A stretch of DNA of 32,000 nucleotides from assembly GCA_963718915.1 (NCBI GenBank), contig CAVRAI010000015.1:210001-242000 (forward strand). The letters run 5' to 3'. Below the pieces are notes generated by a model that saw nothing but the letters and a program-made list of their open reading frames with translations, had not been told where the DNA came from and searched no databases. Source of the DNA: an uncultured Chloroflexia bacterium. GTDB lineage: Bacteria; Chloroflexota; Ktedonobacteria; Ktedonobacterales; JADMIN01. This document shows positions 25,220-32,000 of the stretch, one piece after another. Position 1 is the stretch's first letter, and the number at the start of each line of letters is the position of its first letter. Position numbers and translations under genes: made by a program.

Positions 25220-25717
25220 ATGCAAGGACGACATTGCTGGCGCTGGCGACCTTATCTGCTGGGGATTGGGCTGGTCGCGCTGCTGGTCGCGAGTGTAACA
25301 GCCTGTGGTCGTCCTCCAGCCTCAACCGCTGTCACGTCGTTGTTCTCCGCGGATGCGTTGTACGTCGAGGTAACACAGCACGGAGGAACGCAGTATCAGG
25401 ATCCAACCGTCTACACGCGCACTATCAGGGATGAAACAACTATCACGCAGGTCAGGCAGGCTATTGCGTCAGTCAAAGTCGTACCTCCCAATGCGATATT
25501 CAACTGTCCAATTGGGTTAATGCAATATTACGTCTACACGCTCAAGTTCTATCAGACCGCCAGGCTGGTCGAAGTCGTCACCATTGATGCGACAGATTGC
25601 GAGTTTATACAGGTCAAAGACGCGGGCACAGGCGCAACTCTAGATCGCTGTTGCCCCGGCTTGGACTTCTGGACGTGGCTACAGCAGGCGACAGGCGCTC
25701 CCCTGCCAGACGAGTAG
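25220..25717 (+). CDS. Hypothetical lipoprotein
   Basis: ORF 25196..25717. The start is placed at ATG 25220, 7 nt after GAGGAGG. The signal peptide MQGRHCWRWRPYLLGIGLVALLVASVTAC ends in the lipobox VTAC. Confidence 0.7.
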   Translation: MQGRHCWRWRPYLLGIGLVALLVASVTACGRPPASTAVTSLFSADALYVEVTQHGGTQYQDPTVYTRTIRDETTITQVRQAIASVKVVPPNAIFNCPIGLMQYYVYTLKFYQTARLVEVVTIDATDCEFIQVKDAGTGATLDRCCPGLDFWTWLQQATGAPLPDE

Positions 25718-25987
25718 TGTGTCGCCTGCCCAATCTATTGCGAACGGACTGAGACGGCGACAACAGCCATCCAAATCGCTATAATAGAATGTCGGGGACG
25801 TGTTTCCCTGTTTCGATACTGCCCAACCTGGGAGGAGAAATATTCGCGTGGCTGCATCATCACGAAAGAAATCATCTGTACCCCTGAACCTGGGGAACGC
25901 TCGCCCTTTGCGACGGCGCTGCGTACCGCCTCCTGTGGCGAGCTGACCGTCGCCGATGTTGGCCGCAATGTCATCATCACCGGCTGG

Positions 25988-27703
<1,716 letters not shown>

Positions 27704-27737
27704 CCTCTCCCAGACGCGGGGAGTCTGAGTCGAGTGT

Positions 27738-27760
27738 GCCGCAGGCTAAAGACCTGCGGC
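27738..27760 (+). terminator. Hairpin 35 nt downstream of the aspS stop (candidate terminator, no U-tract)
   Basis: The structure is gccgcagg-ctaaaga-cctgcggc, an 8-bp GC-rich stem. It is followed by taatcacgg. Confidence 0.3.
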
Positions 27761-27868
27761 TAATCACGGCTGTCCAGTGTCTTTGCTGATGGCAGGCGAA
27801 TACGTTAGGACGGGATTAGCCGCAGCATGATGTGGTTGTAGCATGTGCGACGGACAGGCCATGGCGGT

Positions 27869-28130
27869 GGGCGGTTCAAACCGCGCCTGAGCGGCCTCGC
27901 CTGCTGTGCACGCTCCGCCACAAAACCCGCCTGCGCGGGTTTCAGCGATCCGCTCGCCAACGGGATACCCGCTGGCGAGCGATCTGGGCAGTCCGCGCAG
28001 GGCAGCCGTGCGAGCCGAAGGTGAGAAGCGCGCGACGAGCGCGCGGAGCGGCAGCAGCCCGCAGGGCGGACTTCGTGGCCGCAGGCCCTTCAGGCGCGGT
28101 TTCAACCGCCGCGCATCGCCACCCGGTGTC
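27869..28130. repeat. Hairpin-rich dispersed repeat element (MITE/REP-like), copy B, with nested extra insert
   Basis: It has the same three blocks as 8495-8697. The termini are near-inverted: ggcggttcaaaccgcgcc at 27870-27887 versus ggcgcggtttcaaccgcc at 28092-28109. An extra, roughly 60-bp GC-rich segment (about 28002-28060) sits inside the gtccgcgcagg/cgcagggcggac hairpin. It lies between convergent genes. Confidence 0.65.
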
Positions 28131-28235
28131 CTCGGTAATTTGGAAAACCACATCATGCCGCGATGCCGGTTTACCACTCTTTTGCCCCTTAGCGACCCAC
28201 ACTCGCGCATTCCACAGGCCGAGTCGCATGCAACC

Positions 28236-28631
28236 CTACGCAGGCAGCGCCAGAATATCCGGCTCGATCCACTGCGCGCGGGCGGCTGGGCTGAGCATCG
28301 TCTCGCGCCGCCAGTGCCGGTAGGGCAGGTCTTTATCCAGCAGCATCGGGAAAGCCGCCAGGAAGTCGTCGAATGTCGTGATGTCGGGCCGCGCCGCGAC
28401 CATATGGCCGACGAGCAGCACCCAGAAGCGCGTCATTGTTTCGTGGTATTTCTCGGCCTGGCCGTGCAGCGTCGCGAAGTAGCGGATGCCGCTGGTGATC
28501 CGTTTCATCGCCGCCTCGATGCCTGTCAGGCGAACCAGCGTCCACGTCAGCCGCAGATGGTCGCGATGGTGAAATTGCGTTGGTGGCAGCGAACCTGATA
28601 AGAATGCCTGTACAAACTCGTCGTCGGTCAT
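28236..28631 (-). CDS. Hypothetical protein co-transcribed with the MarR regulator
   Basis: 131-aa ORF. Its ATG overlaps the MarR stop (ATGA at 28628-28631). The product looks helical (FHHRDHLRLTWTLVRL...YHETMTRFWVLLVGHMV). I do not recognise the family. Confidence 0.65.
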   Translation of the reverse strand: MTDDEFVQAFLSGSLPPTQFHHRDHLRLTWTLVRLTGIEAAMKRITSGIRYFATLHGQAEKYHETMTRFWVLLVGHMVAARPDITTFDDFLAAFPMLLDKDLPYRHWRRETMLSPAARAQWIEPDILALPA

Positions 28632-29053
28632 GTCAGTTCCTCCTCCAGCGCGTGAATGACGGCAAAAAAGTCGGCGATAGCTGCCTCGCCCGCCTGCGCG
28701 CGCACCCGTTCCTCGATGGCATCCAATGCGCTACTGACCCGCTCGCCGATTGCGCTGCCAGCCTCGGTCAGCTCCACCGCGACGAGGCGGCGAGAGGTTG
28801 GATGTGGCAGCCGCCGAACCCAGCCGCGTGCTTCGAGGCGGTCGAGGATACTTGTCAGGGTCGAGCGTTTGTGGCCAAAGCTGGTATGCAGGTCGTTGAT
28901 GGCGGCGTCGGGATGTCGCGCAAGATACGCGAGCACGTGCGCCTCGGCCTGCGTCAGCCCCACTTCGCGAAAGGCGCGCTCGACCCAAAGCCCCAGCACG
29001 TGGGTGGCGTGTTCCAGTGCGGGCGCCAGTGGCGGCGCGGTGTGGTCATCCAT
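28628..29053 (-). CDS. MarR-family transcriptional regulator
   Basis: ORF 28628..29245. The start is placed at ATG 29053 (MDDHTAPP). The winged-helix pattern is GLTQAEAHVLAYLARHPDAAINDLHTSFGHKRSTLTSILDRLEARGWVRRLPHPTSRRLVAVELTEAG. Confidence 0.85.
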   Translation of the reverse strand: MDDHTAPPLAPALEHATHVLGLWVERAFREVGLTQAEAHVLAYLARHPDAAINDLHTSFGHKRSTLTSILDRLEARGWVRRLPHPTSRRLVAVELTEAGSAIGERVSSALDAIEERVRAQAGEAAIADFFAVIHALEEELT

Positions 29054-29089
29054 ACGAATATGTATAATACGAAAACGTATAATTGTCAA
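29054..29089 (-). promoter_or_regulatory. Candidate sigma-70-type promoter for the MarR operon, with embedded palindromic operator; possibly leaderless mRNA
   Basis: On the minus strand: TTGACA (29084-29089), a 17-nt spacer, TATACA (29061-29066), then 7 nt to ATG 29053 with no SD. The spacer contains the perfect 5-4-5 palindrome ATACGTTTTCGTAT (29067-29080). Confidence 0.45.
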
Positions 29090-29168
29090 GAGTGGCGGTT
29101 GTGAGACATACGGACCAGTCTGGCGTACTATTTTGTGATGAACCCGATGAACAGGAGAGAACGCGCCT

Positions 29169-29609
29169 ATGCCAACACCTATGGTCGATCTGCGCCAGGT
29201 AAGCATGCTCGCCGAGATTGTCCTACGAGGTGGCGATTTCAGCAATCCGCGTTCGCGAGAAAGCTTGCGCGGTCAGTATGAACAGCCTAATAACTACTAT
29301 CCCGACCTTGCCGCTGGACTCTCCTGCCTTTTTCGTCCTGGTGCGTCACTTGACGAATTGGCGCGTGAAGGCGCATATCCTAACGCCAGGTTGAGCGTCG
29401 CGATTGTTGAGCGGCTTGTCAACGAACTAGCAACGGTCGGATGCGAGTTGGCGCTCTATATTACGCCAGTTGGACGCTTTCCCGATCATCACACGCTTGT
29501 TATCATACGTAATGGGTTGATGGAGACAACCTTGCGAGATGAGGCACTTGACGCGCTCATTCGTGCAATGTCTAGTGTAACTAACCCGTATAGGCGAACG
29601 AAACGCTAG
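29169..29609 (+). CDS. Hypothetical protein
   Basis: 146-aa ORF with AGGAGAG 9 nt upstream of the ATG. It is less G+C-rich than its surroundings. I see no recognisable motifs. Confidence 0.55.
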   Translation: MPTPMVDLRQVSMLAEIVLRGGDFSNPRSRESLRGQYEQPNNYYPDLAAGLSCLFRPGASLDELAREGAYPNARLSVAIVERLVNELATVGCELALYITPVGRFPDHHTLVIIRNGLMETTLRDEALDALIRAMSSVTNPYRRTKR

Positions 29610-29619
29610 GAGGAAGCCT

Positions 29620-29910
29620 GTGCGTACCATCGAGACAGCACTCTGGCCGCCAGAACAGCCCGCATCATTCGGTGAAGGCGTATACATTGGGCTGGAAAAT
29701 GATCCACGCCTGGCTGCCCTCGCCGAGGGTGAACGTGTCCTCTTGCTGGAGACGAATGAAGTACAGGTTGAAGCAATAGTCCATAAGGTGCTGTTGAATG
29801 GTCGTCGGGTCTGGTTTGGCGAATTCCAGGGTGAGATTGAGGTAATCTATTCAGGCGACGAGACGACCGACGCACAGTCTGCTTCGAGCGGTGTTGTGAA
29901 AGAGCACTGA
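29620..29910 (+). CDS. Hypothetical small protein, translationally coupled to the upstream gene
   Basis: 96-aa ORF starting at GTG 29620. AGGAGGA overlaps the upstream stop (TAG 29607-29609). I see no recognisable motifs. Confidence 0.5.
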   Translation: MRTIETALWPPEQPASFGEGVYIGLENDPRLAALAEGERVLLLETNEVQVEAIVHKVLLNGRRVWFGEFQGEIEVIYSGDETTDAQSASSGVVKEH

Positions 29911-29981
29911 GTCCATATTCGTGCGATACTGGCGAGAGAGGCGCCGCAGCGTTGCGCGCTGGAAAATCGAGGAAGATGACT

Positions 29982-31064
29982 ATGGACACACAAACAACAG
30001 AGAAGACGCTCGATACGCTCATGGGCGCCTGGGACGGCGAAGAGATTATTGTCCGCCGCGACCAGCCGACCGGCGCCACCATCATCATTGCGGTGCATTC
30101 GACGCGGCTGGGGCCAGCATGTGGTGGCACGCGCATGAAAACCTATCCCACCCTCGAAGAGGCTGTCCTCGATGCCCAGCGGCTGGCCGAGGGGATGACC
30201 TTCAAGTTCGCCGCCGCTGGTCAGCAACGGGGCGGCGGTAAAGCGGTGATCGCGATTCCCGCGGGTCTGGATGCCGCCGCGCGTGATGATTTGTTGCGGC
30301 GTTATGGCGCGCTCATCCACCAGCTGGGCGGGATCTTCGCCTGCGGCGCCGATGTTGGCACCACGGCGCATGATATGGATACTATCGCCGAGACCGGCGC
30401 ACCCTATGTCTTTGGCCGGACGTCCGAGCACGGCGGGTCCGGCGATCCCAGTCCAGCGACGGCGATTGGGGTATTCTCAGGCATCAAGACCACATGCGCC
30501 CGGCTCTTTGGAAGCGATGCGCTCGCTGGTCGGCGTATCGTCGTGCAGGGCGCGGGCAAGGTTGGCTATTCCCTGATGCGTCTGCTGCGCGATGAAGGCG
30601 CCGAGGTAGCCTGCGGCGATGTGGACGCTACCATCGTCGAGCGGGCGCGGGCGGAACTGGGTGTATCGGTCGTGGCTGCCGATGCGGTCTACGACGCCGA
30701 ATGCGACATCTTCAGCCCCTGCGCGCTCGGAGCCGTTCTGAATACCGAGACGATCCCCCGGCTACGTTGTCGTGCGGCGGTGGGCGCGGCCAATAATCAG
30801 TTGGCCACTTCAGCGGACGCGGAACGCTTGCGCGAGCGCGGTATCCTCTATGCGCCGGACTTTGTCGTCAACAGCGGCGGAGCAATCTATCTGATTGGGC
30901 GCGAGGTGTTGGGCTGGTCTGAGCAAGAGACGCTGGATCGCGTCAGAACCGGCGTCCGTGATGGGCTGACCCAGGTCTATGCGCTGGCCGATGAGCAGGG
31001 CATAACAACCGGCGCGGCGGCCGAACAGGTGGCGCGGCGGCGTATCGCTGGCGGCCAGGGTTAG
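29982..31064 (+). CDS. Leucine/valine/phenylalanine dehydrogenase (Glu/Leu/Phe/Val dehydrogenase superfamily)
   Basis: ORF 29952..31064. The start is placed at ATG 29982, 8 nt after GAGGAAG. Motifs are GPACGGTRMKTYP, AQRLAEGMTFKFAAAGQQRGGGKAVI (catalytic Lys region) and the NAD fold VVQGAGKVGYSL. Confidence 0.9.
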   Translation: MDTQTTEKTLDTLMGAWDGEEIIVRRDQPTGATIIIAVHSTRLGPACGGTRMKTYPTLEEAVLDAQRLAEGMTFKFAAAGQQRGGGKAVIAIPAGLDAAARDDLLRRYGALIHQLGGIFACGADVGTTAHDMDTIAETGAPYVFGRTSEHGGSGDPSPATAIGVFSGIKTTCARLFGSDALAGRRIVVQGAGKVGYSLMRLLRDEGAEVACGDVDATIVERARAELGVSVVAADAVYDAECDIFSPCALGAVLNTETIPRLRCRAAVGAANNQLATSADAERLRERGILYAPDFVVNSGGAIYLIGREVLGWSEQETLDRVRTGVRDGLTQVYALADEQGITTGAAAEQVARRRIAGGQG

Positions 31065-31184
31065 CGCGCGACATACACCATAGCATAGGACAACATGGCT
31101 GGCATGTCTTTAGCGTCCACATCGGCGCTAGAGCGCGTGCCAGCTTTATGTTATGCTTATAGGGAAGAGACAACGCACTCGCAT

Positions 31185-31217
31185 GTGTCCTCCACGTGTC
31201 CTCCACGTGTCCTCGTT
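31185..31217. repeat. 11-bp tandem repeat x3 (gtgtcctccac gtgtcctccac gtgtcctcgtt)
   Basis: Read directly from the sequence. It ends 28 nt upstream of ATG 31245. Confidence 0.6.
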
Positions 31218-31244
31218 GCTGGTCCATCTCCCGGAGGCGTGCGC

Positions 31245-32000
31245 ATGAAACGACATGTATCGGCGCTCGGCAGATTCGCGCTGGCAGGCCTGTTCGCCAC
31301 TGTTCCCCGTCTAACCCTCTCCGTCAAAATCCATGGCCTCGCGAACGACATCCGCGCGCCGCGTACCTTCTACGTCATCACCCATAAGCGCGACTTCGAC
31401 GCCTTCGTGCCAGTTCCCCTGCTGCTCGCGCACCGCGGCAGGCGTGCCTTCACCAGCGAACTCCATTTCGCCATGCGCGGCGATGGATTCCAGATGGGAT
31501 TCCTCTCGCGCATCGTCCGGCGGCCCGCGTGGTTCTCGCACATGCTGCGCCCGATCAATGTCGGGCCGATTCTGCGTGGAGTCGGCGTCCATCCGCTCGA
31601 TAGCCTGCATCTGCGGCCCATGGAGATCTGGATCCGCGAGGCGCTCCGTGTCGATGGGGATACGACCATCGGCGAACTGCTGGCGCCCGCAACCATCGAA
31701 ATGCTCGCCGCGCGGACTGGAACGCGCGTCGCGAAACTGGCGGCGCGGCCGGCCTCCTCGCTGCTCAAGTGGCGCTATTTCCCGTTCCTGCAGGAGGAGA
31801 CTGGGCCAGAAATCTTCACGCCAGCGGCTCATCGGCGCGCGGAGCTACGGGCGCTGGCGACGGCGAAAGAGCAACTGGCCGACTGTGTGGACTGGCTGCG
31901 CGCTGGTGGATCGCTCTATACCTCGCCCGAAGGCCTCCTTTCCACCGATGGCCGCCTGAGTCCCCTGCGTGCCGGGCTGACGCGAGTGCTGCGCGCGGCG
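31245..32000 (+). CDS. PlsC/LPLAT-family acyltransferase (1-acyl-sn-glycerol-3-phosphate acyltransferase-like), 3' end beyond the window
   Basis: This open-ended frame is absent from the ORF track because it has no stop in the window. GGAGG lies 7 nt upstream of ATG 31245. The product reads MKRHVSALGRFALAGLFA...FYVITHKRDFDAFVP (HX4D acyltransferase motif) ... GGSLYTSPEGLLSTDGRL (xPEG motif). The two tracked ORFs here (31333..31959 +, 31311..31832 -) are off-frame shadows. Confidence 0.75.
   Translation, partial: MKRHVSALGRFALAGLFATVPRLTLSVKIHGLANDIRAPRTFYVITHKRDFDAFVPVPLLLAHRGRRAFTSELHFAMRGDGFQMGFLSRIVRRPAWFSHMLRPINVGPILRGVGVHPLDSLHLRPMEIWIREALRVDGDTTIGELLAPATIEMLAARTGTRVAKLAARPASSLLKWRYFPFLQEETGPEIFTPAAHRRAELRALATAKEQLADCVDWLRAGGSLYTSPEGLLSTDGRLSPLRAGLTRVLRAA

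Noticed and set aside
31311-31959. Tracked ORFs 31333..31959 (+) and 31311..31832 (-)
   Set aside because: Both are off-frame relative to the open-ended frame starting at ATG 31245. That frame has an SD, an HX4D motif and a PEG motif. The tracked ORFs are Arg/Ser-rich shadows.

Overview
This is a G+C-rich bacterial chromosomal segment. The gene content and the LuxR/STAND N-terminal architecture resemble Chloroflexota (Ktedonobacteria-like), but that is a tentative inference with no database search behind it. I recognised no rRNA, tRNA, CRISPR array, transposase or integrase.

Genes in the flanks:
- Left flank: a polytopic membrane protein, a DHA2-type MFS transporter, a VOC/glyoxalase protein, a roughly 1010-aa MalT/LuxR-type STAND ATPase regulator, a divergent TIR-TPR protein, and two receiver-only response regulators.
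- Right flank: M14 carboxypeptidase, a DUF402-like protein, Sua5/TsaC, a membrane PP2C phosphatase with a large ectodomain, a lipoprotein, aspS, a MarR operon, two small unknown genes, a Leu/Val/Phe-type dehydrogenase, and an open-ended PlsC-type acyltransferase.

Main locus (10183-18659, + strand): ten tightly packed genes. They encode a 2-TM coiled-coil protein, three TerY-like vWA paralogs (one canonical MIDAS, two degenerate), a small TM protein, a coiled-coil PP2C phosphatase, a Ser/Thr kinase with a Cys4 ribbon and a beta-rich tail, and three more membrane or disordered proteins. I read it as an expanded, membrane-associated TerY-P-triad-like module with no Ter (TerB/C/D) genes nearby.

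Most striking observation: at least 11 frameshifts are confined to 13.9-18.4 kb. They break the phosphatase, the kinase and the last gene, while every other long ORF in the window is intact.

Other observations:
- Hairpin-rich, MITE/REP-like dispersed repeats sit in convergent intergenic gaps, with two related copies at about 8.5 kb and 27.9 kb.
- There are short intergenic tandem repeats, a perfect 16-bp palindrome upstream of the large PP2C gene, and a frame/start anomaly at the aspS 5' end.

All functional calls come from motif recognition by eye and need HMM or BLAST confirmation.
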